DNA of 64,000 bases, from assembly GCF_030028105.1 (NCBI RefSeq), contig NC_092390.1:56588777-56652776 (forward strand), read 5' to 3'. The notes beneath the pieces are model-generated. The model was not told the DNA's origin. It saw only the letters and a list, made by a program, of their open reading frames with translations, and ran no database searches. Below, one piece after another: positions 11,716 through 25,164 of this stretch. Made by a program: the position numbers and the translations under genes. Position 1 is the stretch's first letter. Every line of letters begins with the position of its first letter. This stretch comes from Mobula birostris. Taxonomy: Eukaryota.

Positions 11716-12286
11716 ACTTTATCTATGCCCGTCACAATTTTATAAACTTCTATCAGGTTGCCACTCATCCTCTGAAGCTGCAGAGAAAACAGTGCAAACT
11801 TTGCCCAGACTGTCCTTATAGCTCATACCTCTACTCCAGGCAGCATCCAGTAGCCTTTACAAAACCCCCATGTCTGTCCTGTAATGTGGTGACCAAAATT
11901 GCACACAATACTTCAAATGATGGGGTGGAGATACAACTGATATTTCATATAGCTGCAACATGTTTTCCTTACTCTTATGCTCAATCTCCTAAATTATATA
12001 GGTTGCACAAAACCCTCAGAAAACTCAGGCAGTTTCACTCACATGCCAATAGTAGGTCAGTGTTTTTGTCAACAGTGACCAGCAGCACCAGGTGATTTCC
12101 CCTTTTCTGGCAGCTAAAGTCCTGCTGAACGTGACTCTATCATTCAGTGATGTGGAGTTAGAATACAGAACATAGAACAGCACAGCACAGAAAGAGGCCC
12201 TCTGGCCCACAACGTCTGTGCTGAACATAAACTAAATTTCTTCTGCCGACACACTATCCATATCCACTTATTTAATGCATATTCAT

Positions 12287-12677
12287 TCCTTCGTTATGTG
12301 CTGTGTTGAATGACAATGACATGGGCTATTATGATCTTTCCATGACCATGACTGTTCTTGGCAAATTTTTCTCCAGAAGTGCTATTCCATTGCCTTCTTC
12401 TGGGCAGAGTCTTTGCAAGACAGATGACCCCAGCCATTATCAATACTCTTCAGCGATTGTCTGCCTGGTGCTAGTGGTTGCATAACCAGGACTTGTGATA
12501 TGCACCAACTGCTCATACGATTATTCTCCACCTGCTCCCATGGCTTCACGTGACCCTGATCACGGGAGGCGGGGGCTAAGCAGGTGCTACACCTTGCCCA
12601 AGAGTGACCTGCAGGCTAGTGGAGGGAATGAGCACCTTACACCTTCTTTAGAGACATATCTTCACTCCGTCACCCAG
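12287..12677 (-). mobile_element. 380-bp SINE-like family, copy 2
   Basis: Perfect 13-bp TSD AATGCATATTCAT at 12274-12286 and 12678-12690. Confidence 0.85.
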
Positions 12678-13044
12678 AATGCATATTCATGTACCTATAT
12701 AAAGGTCCCTTAAATCTTTCTATCTTATCTGCTTCCATGACCAACCTGGGGTCTAATGGTTAATGGTAGGGATCCATGGCATAAAAAGATCGGGATCCCC
12801 TGATCCTAACCAATTTATATGAAACACATTCCTTAACACACTATCGACTAGTAGCCACTTACAGAAATTTTATATCTAAATTAGAGGAGCCCCAATAATA
12901 TTCATAGCTTATCAGAAACTTTGGGATGTACCATAAGACACGAGCAGAATTAGGCCATTCTCAATGGCCATTACTCCGCCATTTCATCATGGCTGATCTA
13001 TTTCCCTCTCAATCCCATCTTCTGCTTTCTCGCCATAACCTTTC

Positions 13045-13622
13045 GAATGAATGAGGCTTCCTCGGTCAAGGTTGACCATGGATGTCTCGTCTAGATATGC
13101 AAGACAGGGTGGTGCAATATGGAGAGCAAGCTGTTGCCCAGGTGGCAAGCTCCCCCTCTCCATGCATCTGATGAACCCAAAGGAATGGCAGAGACCAACA
13201 CAGTTTGGTACCAGCAGCGTTGCAGGAGTTGCCAGTCAGCACTGAATTCAATGTAAGACTGCCTTAGGGACTCCAGCTCCAGATTTTTGCCTTCGAGTTC
13301 ACTCCCGAAGCCTTCCTCTTGTGTGTGCATAGCCGGAAAGCAGCGGTGGTTTGAGATCAGAGTTTTCCTTCTCCTAGATGAGCTGCCAACCACAGCTGAC
13401 GAGCCCCGTCTACCTGAAGCCACTGGTTCTAAGGCACCAATAGCCTGCCTTTACCCTTCTCCTGTCAGCAGAAATGGTTCCACTGGGCTTAGTAGATAAG
13501 CCACATGTGAAGGTCAGGAACTGGACTTGGTGGTCAGAGGCTATTTAAGCCGCACACCATTGGGAGCATTTAATAGGTAGTGGGAGTCTGTCATCACTGT
13601 CACTCCCGGCTATACAACCTTA
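13045..13622 (-). mobile_element. RTE-related non-autonomous element nested in a CR1 3' end
   Basis: Minus strand has GGCAGCTCATCTAGGAGAAGGAAAACTCTG, resembling RTE 5' regions; CR1 tail sequence lies on both sides. Confidence 0.55.
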
Positions 13623-16600
13623 AGGAACCATAACCACTATCTTTCACACTCTGACCGATCAAGAACCTATTGATCTCTGTCTTAAGTATATCCATTGACC
13701 AGGGCTCCACAGCTGCCTGTGGCAACAAATTCCACAGATTCAACACCCTCTGGGTAAAGAAATTCCTCCTCACCTCCATTCTAAATCGGCGTCCCTCTGT
13801 TCCGAGTTTGCACACTCTGGTCTGAGACTCCCCCACCATTTGAAACATCCTCTCCAGATCCACTGTCTCTAGACATTTCAACATTCGATAAGTTTCAATT
13901 AGATCCCCTCATTCTTCTAAATTCCAGTGAGTACAGGCCCAGGGCCATCAATCACTCCTCATATGATAACACTTTCAATTTCGGAATCATTTTTGTGAAT
14001 CTCTTCTGAACCCTCTCCAATCTTTTCTTAAATAAGGGGCCCAAAACTGCTCACAATATGCCAGGCAAGGCGACACCAGTCACAAACAGGAGAAAATCTG
14101 CAGATGCTGGAAATCCAAGCAACACACACAAAATGCCGCAGGATGTAATTCTGGGGCTTTATAAGGCACTGGTGAGGAAGGGTCTCAGTCCGAAATGTCA
14201 ACTGCATTCTTTCCTAGATTTTATATTCTAGTCCTCTCAAGATGAATGCTGGCATTGTATTAGACTTCTTCACCACTGACTCAATCTGCAGATTAACCAT
14301 TAGGGAATCCTGCATGAGAACTCCTTAGCTCTTTGCACCTCAGATTTTTTAAATTTTCTCCCCGTTTAGAAAAAGAGACCAAGTTTTTATTCCTTCTACC
14401 AAAGTGTATGACCACATTGTGAACCGGGAGACTTACCAGACAGAGCACTGAGTATTGTGATTATCATGGATGATGCCCATAAATTTACCAAGATACAAGT
14501 CATTTTCACTTACAATAAATGGCACTGGATGCCAGCAGGATGTCAAGAGCCACATTTGTTTCCAGTTCTAATGAATGTTTTCTATCATCATAGCCAACAG
14601 TTTATGTTAATTGAAAATCATTTTGCTCTACGTATGCTTACCTGTGCAGTGCAGTTTGAGCTTGCCCTGTAATAGAGACGTGGCCAAGTGAAGTGAAAGT
14701 TAGACATAAGACCATAAGATATAGGAGCAGAATTAGGCCATTCAGCCCATTACATCTGCTCTACTATTTCATCATGGCTGATCTATTTCCCTCTCAGCCC
14801 TAATCTCCTGCCTTCTCCCCGTATCCCTTCGTACACTGAAATGTGCTTCTTTAGGTATATGAAGGTGCCCAGGGCCTTGCTGGGAACACTTATTGCTAAG
14901 GACAGTGTTGTATTATGTTGCTGACTGGTAGCCGGTCTTTATTTTGGGGATGACTTGGCTCCTCCTCAGAAGGTGTGTTTAGATGAGTCCAATTATAATT
15001 TTTGAACGTATTAAGGTATCTTACAAGTGTGTTCTAAATTCCACATGTAAGTATCTTCTATCTTATTTTGATCTGTGCTGGTCCTCCAATGTTATATCTA
15101 TTCTTAGAAAACCCTTTAAAACATAACATTTAATTCAGGATCCCCAGCCTTTTTTTTTAATGCCATGGACATCTACCATTAACTGAGGGGTCCATGGACC
15201 CCAGGTTGGGACTCTGGGTTAAGTTGGTCCACACAAAGCTTCTGGAACATACGGTACCTATGCACCTGATGACCTTTTGATTCCACCATCAACAGAAAAA
15301 TTATACACAAGAGAATTATGAATTTAATAAATAACTTGGTTAGCAGATGTATTTTAAACATTATAAATGTGCCAAGGCAGCTTGACTGTTTTTAAATGTA
15401 GGAGTGACTGTAATATAATTTCAAATTTAATCAGGACTGAAATAATTCAAGGAATATTTTTTATCAGTAATTCATAGACAATCAAAGTATATTCCTTTAA
15501 ATCAGTGAGATTATGAACGTGCTTTCTCCTTCATTTATAACTAAAGTACTCGCAGTGATCGAAATAAATTAAGATACAAACACACTGGATACTTTTTGAC
15601 TTTGAGAGCTCGTGAGGATGTACTAGCATGGTGATTAAGTTACTGGATTATTGATCTGAGACCAGGAGTTCTGATCCAGCACAGCAGATGGGGAGTTTAA
15701 ATGCAAGTATTTCATAAATCCAGGATATTAAAAAATGTTATCAATATTAGTAACCATGAAACTATCATATTTTTGCAAAGCCTCATCTGGTTCACTACTA
15801 GTCATCCATAATAATCTGGTTTATATGTAACTCCAGACCCACAAAGATGGTTGATTTTTGGGTGCTTCTTAAAGTCAGGATAGACAATAAATGGTGAACA
15901 AACAAATAAAGATAAAGTTTGAACTTCCTGGAAAAGAATAATACAATAAAAATGCCTTTCATTTCTGGAAAATCTGAACCCAGTTCAGAAAGATATCAGA
16001 ACCTCTATTTTTTCCTTAAAAAGAGCATTGTAATGTCAACACCTGCTAAAAAAAATGTTTTACACTCGCAATTTCACTGAGAATTCACAGACTGTCAAGA
16101 GAAATGAATTGAAAAATACTCATACTCCACAACAGAGGTGATCTTGAGGTTGGGCCTAACGCATGTTATGAAGCAGAGGGATGGAGAATCATTGAATCAT
16201 TGCTGTACTTGAGTGAGATGGAATGACAGAAACACAAAACCATTATGTTTACAAAACTAATCAGAATCAGGTTTAATGTCACCGACATATGTCATGAAAT
16301 GTGTTGTCTTTGCGGCAGCAGTACAATGCAATACATAATAATAGAAAAACTGTGAATTACAGTACATGTAATTAAATTAAAGATAAATTAAATAAATAGT
16401 GCAAAAATAAAAATTAATTAGTAATGATGTAGTGTTCATGGGTTCAATGTCCATTCAGAAATCTGATGGCGGGGTGGGGGTGGCGTGAACGAGCCGTTCC
16501 TGAATCATTGAGTGTGTGCCTTCAGGCTTCTGTACCTCCTTCCTGATGATAGCAATAAGAAGGGGGCGTGCCTTGGGTGATGGGGGTCCTTAATGATGCA

Positions 16601-16643
16601 CGCTGCCTTTTTGAGCCATTAGTCCTTGAAGATGTCCTGGATG

Positions 16644-18252
16644 TTGATATTAAGGGAGAGGAGATGTTGAAGTTGTTAAAATAAATTAGGACAGATAAGT
16701 CCCTGGGGCCTGACGGAATATTCCCCAGGCTGCTCCACGAGGCGAGAGAAGAGATTGCTGAGCCTCTGGCTAGGATCTTTATGTCCTCGTTGTCCACGGG
16801 AATGGTACCGGAGGATTGGAGGGAGGCGAATGTTGTTCCCTTGTTCAAAAAAGGTAGTAGAGATAGTCCGGGTAATTATAGACCAGTGAGCCTTACGTCT
16901 GTGGTGGGAAAGCTGTTGGAAAAGATTCTTAGAGATAGGATCTATAGGCATTTAGAGAATCATGGTCTGATCAGGGACAGTCAGCATGGCTTTGTGAAGG
17001 GCAGATCATGTCTAACAAGCCTGATAGAGTTCTTTGAGGAGGTGACCAGGCATATAGATGAGGGTAGTGCAGTGGATGTGATCTATATGGATTTTAGTAA
17101 GGCATTTGACAAGGTTCCACACGGTAGGCTTATTCAGAAAGTTAGAAGGCATGGGATCCAGGGAAGTTTGGCCAGGTGGATTCAGAATTGGCTTGCCTGC
17201 AGAAGGCAGAGGGTGGTGGTGGAGGGAGTACATTTGGATTGGAGGGTTTTGACTAGTGGTGTCCCACAAGGATCTGTTCTGGGACCTCTACTTTTCGTGA
17301 TTTTTATTAACGACCTGGATGCGGGGGTAGAAGGATGGGTTTGCAAGTTTGCAGACAACACAAAGGTTGCTGGTGTTGTAGATAGTGTAGAGGATTGTCA
17401 AAGATTGCAGAGAGACATTGATAGGATGCAGAAGTGGGCTGAGAAGTGGCAGATGGAGTTCAACCCAGAGAAGTGTGAGGTGGTACACTTTGGAAGGACA
17501 AACTCCAAGGCAAAGTACAAAGTAAATGGCAGGATACTTGGTAATGTGGAGGAGCAGAGGGATCTCGGGGTACATGTCCACAGATCCCTGAAAGTTGCCT
17601 CACAGGTGGATAGGGTAGTTAAGAAAGCTTATGGGGTGTTATCTTTCATAAGTCGATGGATAGAGTTTAAGAGTTGTGATGTAATGATGCAGCTCTATAA
17701 AACTCTGGTTAGGCCACACTTGGAGTACTGTGTCCAATTCTGGTCACCTCACTATAGGAAGGATGTGGAAGCATTGGAAAGGGTACAGAGGAGATTTTCC
17801 AGGATGTTGCCTGGTTTAGAAAGTATGCATTATGATCAGAGATTAAGGGAGCTAGGGATTTACTCTTTGGAGAGGAGGAGGATGAGAGGAGACATGATAG
17901 AGGTGTACAAGATAATAAGAGGAATAGATAGAACGGATAGCCAGTGCCTCTTCCCCAGGGCACCACTGCTCAATACAAGAGGACATGGCTTTAAGGTAGG
18001 GGGTGGGAAGTTCAAGGGGGATATTAGAGGAAGGTTTTTTACTCAGAGAGTGGTTGGTGCGTGGATGCACTGCCTGAGTCAGTGGTGGAGGCAGATACAC
18101 TAGTGAAGTTTAAGAGACTACTAGACAGGTATATGGAGGAATTTAAGGTGGGGGCTTATATGGGAGGCAGGGTTTGAGGGTCGGCACAACATTGTGGGCC
18201 GAAGGGCCTGTACTGTGCTGTACTATTCTATGTTCTATGTTCTATGTTCTAT
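16644..18252 (+). mobile_element. Young 5'-truncated CR1 LINE (reverse transcriptase), inserted into a Rex/Babar fragment
   Basis: 440-aa ORF 16781-18103 with NYRPVSLTS, QHGF, DFSKAFD, GVPQGSVLGP and FADN (FADD mutated); (TTCTATG)n tail. Confidence 0.95.
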
Positions 18253-19049
18253 GGAGGAAAGTGGCCATGATGGAGCTGACTAGGTTTACAACTCTCTGCA
18301 GCTTATTTTGGTCCTGTGCAGTAACATCAATCATCTAATTATTGAAATGTAATGGAATAATTATTTAAAAAATAATGTGATTTACATTTCACCTGTAATT
18401 ATTTACCTACTTGAGATTTTTTTAAAAAAAGAGAGCTGATATTAACCTGAAGCAAAGAGAAATATTTCAATATTTAGTATAGTCTTTGCAAAGGGCATCT
18501 GAGGAAGTCATACCAATAAGACTCTGTTGACTTTAGAATAGGAGAATCGGTATCTTTACTGTTGTCATAGTTAATTTTCAGATTATTCATTACAGCATGT
18601 ACTGTATTTCACAGGATATAACAAGAGCTTTCTCCAAGCAATCAAAACACTAAATATATTCTGCAGTGAACAGGAGAACCGAATCATTTCAACCTTCCAT
18701 AATTTGTAATGACAACTCACGTCATTGACCATTTTGCACCCCAGATGGTAGGAAGGTAATATAACATCTCTGCGTGTGTTTGATTTAAAATGGATGGAGA
18801 GGAGAGGTTAGTTCATTAAAATGTAAATGCAAATATGACAGCATTTCATAGAGGTGAATTACTGCTCTCTGCTTGTATATGAGGAAGGATGAACATACAA
18901 TGTAGAACTTTTTGGCAAAGTACAGGCCCTTCGACCCATGATATTAAGTCGACTCTAAGATCAATCTAGCCCACCTCTCATACGCAGACCTTTACTTTTC
19001 TATCATCTATGTACCTAGCTAAGAGTTTCTTAAATGCCTCTAATGATAT

Positions 19050-19618
19050 AGATGCACCGTAGCAAGCATTTTTCTAGGGTGCTTCACAATCTGGTATGGA
19101 AGTTGTCCTATCCGAGACCGAAAGAAGCTGCAGAAGATCGTGAACACGGCGCAGCACATCACACAAACCAATCTTCCGTCCTTGGACTCACTTTACACCG
19201 CATGCTGTCGGAGCAGTGCTGTCAGGATAATCAAGGACACGACCACCTCCCCCAGCCAACAAACTTTTTGTCCCTCTTCCCTCCAGGAGAAGGCTCAGGA
19301 GCTTGAAGACTCGTACGGCCAGATTTGGGAACAGCTTCTTTCCAACTGTGATAAGACTGCTGAACGGATCCTGACCCGGATCTGGGCCGTACCCTCCAAA
19401 TATCCAGACCTGCCTCTCGGTTTTTTTGCACTACCTCACTTTCCATTTTTCTATTTTCTATTTATGATTTATAATTTAAATTTTTAATATTTACTAATTT
19501 TTACTATTTTTAATATTTAGTATTTGTAATCCAGGGAGCGGGAAGCGCAGAATCAAATATCGCTGTGATGATTGTATGTTCTAGTATCAATTGTTTGGTG
19601 ACAATCAAGTATAAAGTA
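19050..19618 (+). mobile_element. Rex1/Babar-type LINE 3' fragment (others at 16255-16643 -, 23410-24020 +, 40620-40950 +, 60450-61420 -)
   Basis: Family translates ESILTGCxxxWYGN...IIKD..HP...LFSxLPS.RRYRS; frameshifted. Confidence 0.75.
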
Positions 19619-22277
19619 TAATGTATCAAGCTCTACCACTGCCCTTGGCAGGGTTTTCCATGCACCCTCCACTCTCTGTGTAAAGAACTTATCTCTGACA
19701 TCCCCTCTATGCTCAAAACAGCTTAAAATCATGCCCCTTGTCTTAGCCATTTCTGCCTTGGGAAAATGTCTCTGGCTATGCATTTGATCTGCACCTCTTA
19801 TTGTCTTGGCACCTCTAGCAAGCCACCTCTCATCCTCCTTCGCTCCTGAGGTAAAAGCCTTAGTGACCGGCCGATGTGCATGTGGGACGAGTCAGGGTAT
19901 GATCAGGGAATATAGGCAGTTCCACCACAGTCTGAGTGTTGTGGTGATAAATGACCCTACACCATCATTGATCATGTAAAGAGTGAGGAGTTGAAGGGCA
20001 AAACAGGATTTAGCCATGGTGCACTCATTCTGTTTGCTGTAGTTACCCACTTTTATTGACAGATCACACTGCAGTCAGAACTAAGAAAGCAAACTGTCCT
20101 CCTCCCTGGATCCATTCAGGAAGATTAGAAGACATACTAGGTCTTGCCTAATTCAGGCAGGAGAACATGACTACATCAGAGATCAGCACTTCTGTTAACA
20201 TTGTGACAAGGTTGTGAAATTGCCCCAAATTTCAGCCCCAGTGTATTACATGCATCATGTACTGGCAACTCTTCATTGTATTCTTCTTCTGAAATTCTGA
20301 TCTGCTGAAGCCAAAAGCTATGAATTAGTTACTCATGTATTTAAAAAGCTTAAGCATGCAGGAAGATAAACTTGTTTGAAAGGAAATGATTTCTGTCTTT
20401 TTTTTTTTCAGTTTCCACATCTCTTGAAACGAATACATCAATGACAAAACCAACCTTTATTGGAAAGTTGATGGGCCACATTCTTGAACTGCAGCCACCA
20501 TTTCTCAGAAGGTTCTGCATGCTCCTGGGTGGGGAGCTTCAGGATTTAGATCTATGAAGGAATTATGATATATATTTCCAGTGAGGATGGTGTGACTTGG
20601 AAGAATTTCTGCAGATGGCGGTGTTCTAACAACAGTAAAACAGCACACAAGGAACTTTCTAATTAAAAGATATAAGGCATCATCAACATTTCTTAAAAAT
20701 TGGGAAGTACTTGAAACTTTGAGGTTACAAATGATCTTTGCTTCATGCAGTATAAAGAACTGAAGTCATTTCAAATTTTTGACAGAATTTTGACCATGTC
20801 CAAGAGGAAGAGATTATGTTGTCATTCTCCCCAATGAGCTAAAATAATTATATTTATTTATTTACTGATACAGCAGGGAATATGTCCTTCCAGCCATTCC
20901 AACTCAGCAACCCCACATCCCCAATTAATCCTTATCTAACTACAGAACAATTTACAATGACCACCCGACACATCTTTGGGCTGTGTGATGAAATTGGAGC
21001 ACTCGGGGAAAACCTACACATTCCATGTGGAAGACGTACAGAGATCCCTTACAGAAAGGCACCCATGTGGATAGAACAAGTTAATACTGTGGCGTCCATG
21101 TGGATAAAACAAGTTAATGCAAGAATGAACTACTAATAAGCCATTGAAGAAGGCTTAAAGATAAATGATATTATCAACCACAATCACAATCACAATGGAT
21201 AACGCTGCAAATTTTTGTTTTGGAACTCCACTCTCCATGTTCTTTTACTTGATGACGATATTAATTATTCCCTACAGCATAGAATACTTGAGATCCAAAT
21301 TTATTATTTTTAACAAGGTCTGGGCTTTCTTAATCAGAAAGTTGAGTTCCAAGGCAGCCCAAACTAGAAAGATGAAATAGCATACTGTTTCATCCTTGCA
21401 TGGTGACAAAACGTTTGTAAGGAAATTGCCAAGATTGGAGAAAAGCTCAATCCAACCCAATGCAACTTTACTTGATGGAATGGCTCTAAATGCAAGTGGT
21501 TGGAAAAGTTTCAAATCGGGATTTAGCAAATTATATAATTCTATGTTGATTGTCACTTGAACATTGATGTGGGAAAGAGAGAAAATAAATATACTTATTT
21601 GCTTAGGAAACAGTCTCTTCTGAAACTGGGACTGAGGTTTCATTTTAGCCCATATTAGAGGACCTTTGCTTCATTAGTTTGGTAGAGGATGCTTGAACTG
21701 ACACACGCTATTGTAGCAGTTAGCACAATGCTTTACAGTACAGGCCACCCACGTTCCCGCTGTTGCCTGCAAGGAGTTTATACATTCTCCCCATGACCAC
21801 GTGGGTTTCTTCCGGGTGCTCCGGTTTCCTCCCACAGTCCAAAGACCTATACCACTTAGTAGGTTAATTGGTGATTGAAAATTGTCCCAAGATTAGACTA
21901 GGATTCAGTTGGGAGATTGCAGGGTAGTGCGGCTTGATAGCCCAGAAGGGACAATTCCGTGGTGTATGTCAATAAATAAATAAATAGCCAATGAAAATGC
22001 CTTAGTTCTTAGCATTTAAATCCCTCAGTATAATACGTTTGAGCCTTCCTGGGTTCAAGTGTCATCATGTTTTCTCATAAGCAATCTGCTCATCTTTTAG
22101 GAGGGCTGAGTCACACTGCCCTACATCTTACATGATAGTGTGCGCAGCTGCATATCAATATGACCTGCACTCGCACTGTGTATATCAAACGTGTGCTTCT
22201 TTCATCCTTCCTTAGGCAATATTTGAGGATGGCCATTAAAAAATTTCCAGGATTTATTACTGAATAAACGGGATAGT

Positions 22278-22660
22278 TGGGTGGCGGGGTGAAGATACGC
22301 CTCTACCAAAGGAGGTGTAAGGCGTTCATTCCCTCTGCTAGCCTGCGGGTCCCCCTTGGGCAAGGTGTAGCACCTGCTTAGCCCCCTGATCAGGGTCACG
22401 TGAAGCCACAGGAGCAGGTGGTGGATGGTCATTTGAGCAGTTGGTGCAGATCACAAGTCCTGGTTATGTGACCACTAATGGCAGGAAGACAATCTCAGAA
22501 GAGTATTGATAATGGCTGGGGTCATCCGTCTTGTAAAGACACTGCCCAGAAGAAGGTAATGTCAAACCACTTCTGTAGAAAAAATTGCCAAAAACAATCA
22601 TGGTCATAGAAAGACCAAGATCACCAATGTCATACAACACGGCTCATAATGATGATAATG
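22278..22660 (+). mobile_element. 380-bp SINE-like family, copy 3
   Basis: Full length, (ATG)n-like tail, 12-bp TSD AAACGGGATAGT/AAACAGGACAGT. Confidence 0.85.
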
Positions 22661-24464
22661 AAACAGGACAGTAAAGGTACACTTTACACATTCAGTACAA
22701 AACATAATTAAGTAGTAGAAAAAAACACATCCTTTGCTTCTCAGAGTTGCAATTCACTTTACTGAAAATTGTTAGTTTTTCTTCAAGTCTCAGTAAAAGC
22801 TTTCACAGCTTTTGTTTTAAGAACTTAAATATTTTCTTGTTTCTTAAAAAATCTCCCATTATTTGTACGTCGGCAATTTTAGTCATGCAGGCAGGATTAA
22901 AACCACCCCTTCATTTCTTAAATTTCCACCTGTGTTATTATTTTGCAACAAAAAATATTGCGTGCTCTCTTCCATTTATTTATATTGCAGATCGTATAAG
23001 TCACTTGCTAGTTGGTCACTCTGTAAAGTATTTTCAGTGTCAAGGATATAGCTTTCAATATTATTGTTGGCTTACAATTTGAAATAAGATTTAATTAAAT
23101 GGTGGTTCAAGAGGCTTTATGACCCACTTTGCCAAATTTCAAGCTGAGCTGCATTTCCCTGCTGTTTTCAGAATCAAGTTTATTATCACTGACATATGCT
23201 ATGAAATGCGTTGTTCTGTGGCAACAGTGCAGTGCAATACATAAAATATTGCTATAGGTTACAATAACAAATATATAAATGAATAGTGCAAAAGGAGGGC
23301 AAAATAATGAGGCAGCTCTCATGGGTCGGTGGATCACTCGGAAATCCGGTGGCGGAGTGAAAGAAACTGCTCAGTTGAATGTGCCGCCACGCATTTTTCC
23401 CTCCCTTTCATTGCCTTTATTAACTTATATAGATGTGTGGCGGAGAGCATATTGACTGGCTGCGTTATGGCCTGGTATGGAAACACCAATGCCCTTGAAC
23501 GGAAAATCCTACAAAATGTAATGGATGCCGCCCAGTCCATCACGAGTAAAGCTCACCCCGCCATTGAGCACATCTGCACGGATCACCGTCACAGGAAAGC
23601 AGCATCCATCATCAAGGACTCCCACCCCCCAGGCCATGCTCTCTTCTCAACACTGCCATCAGAAAGAAGGTACAGGAGCCTCAGGACTCACTTCAGCAAG
23701 TTATTAGCCCTCAAACTTTAGGTTCTTGATCCAGAGCAGATATCCTCACTCAACTTCACTCACCCCATCACTGAAATGTTCCCACAACCTATGGACTCAC
23801 TTTCAAGGACTCTTCATCTCATGTTCTCGATATTAATGGCTTATTTTTTCTTCTTCTTCTTTTGTAAGTGCACAGTTTGCTGTTTGTCCTGTTGGATGCA
23901 GTCTTTCATTGATTTTATTATGTTTCTTGGATTTACTGAGTATGCCTGTAAGAAAATGGATCTCAGGATGGTATATGGTGACATATATGTACTTTGATAA
24001 TAAATTTACTTTGAACTTAATGCCCGAACACAGCATTTCTTTCTCAGCTACAGTATATGCTACTAGTTTTTTTTTAGATTTACAATAATCCCTTTCTTTG
24101 TATAGTTTTTATTCACATATTTTATTTCTATCGCTTTGCTTATTCAAGTTTTGACACTGGTCTTTATTTACCCAAGTGAAATATAAACAAAATATGTATT
24201 AATGCAGGTCAGATCATGAAGATATTATATGGTTGACATATCTTCCATGATCTTCGCAAAGACTGACAATCTTTCTGTTATCATTTCCATGTTGGTGCCA
24301 TATTCTAATGTAAGCCTAACATTGCTCCTTGGGCAAAATGGACTGTTCACTGTCACCAATTCTGATCAAAACCTCCAACATTTAACCATATTAACAAAAA
24401 GACAAGCCTGGGACTTCTGTGCATACATGATTAATATACAAATGTTTAACAACCATGGGGGATT

Positions 24465-24962
24465 ATACACTCAGTGGCCACTTCTTTAAGGTGTCTCCTA
24501 ATGTTTGTGGTATTGTGCTGTTGTAGCTCATCTGCTTCAAGATTCAATGTGGTGTGCATTCAGAGATGCTCTTTTGCCTGCCACTGTTGTACTGTGCGGT
24601 TATTTCAGTTACTGTCAGCTTCCTGTCTGGCTATTCTTTTCTGACTTCTCTCATTAACAAGGCATTTTCACCCTCAGAACTGCTCACTGCATGTTTTTTG
24701 CACCATTCTTTGTAAACTTTAGAGATTATTCTCTGTGAAAATCCCATGAGATTAGCAGTTTCTGAGATACTCAAATCACCCCGTCTGGCACCAATGATCA
24801 AAGTCACTTAGATCACATTTCTTCCCCATTCTGATATTTGATCTGAACAACAACTGAACTTCTTGACCATGTCTGTATGCTTTTATGCATTAAGTTGCTG
24901 CCACAGGATTGGCTGATTGCATTAATGAGCAGATGTACCGGTGTACCTAATAAAGTGGCCAC
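24465..24962 (-). mobile_element. Tc1-derived deletion element; second copy at about 59920-60430 (+)
   Basis: Inverted ends containing CAGTGGCCACTT/AAGTGGCCAC; the second copy encodes Tc1 N-terminal HTH-like SDFDRVIIASARQGGLSISETADTLGFSHTTIS. Confidence 0.7.
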
Positions 24963-25164
24963 CAAACATATCGGTCAGAGCCACTGGATTTTGCAGAAGG
25001 TCTAGCAGCAGAGCTCAGCTCTTTCATCCACTAGGGAAATTGCTTCTTGAAATTAGTGTCAGTTCAAACATGCTAAAGAATTCCAGACTGGCTTTTTCAA
25101 TGAGGGTTGGAGAGCCCCAGGTTGGGAGACAAGAGGAATTTTTTAAGCTATTGTGTTTAAATTG

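Noticed and set aside
13160-13215. CTGATGA at 13168 as a hammerhead core
   Set aside because: No stem II plus GAAA at suitable spacing.
16781-18103. 440-aa ORF as a host gene
   Set aside because: It is CR1 reverse transcriptase with a mutated catalytic motif, 5' truncation and a LINE tail.
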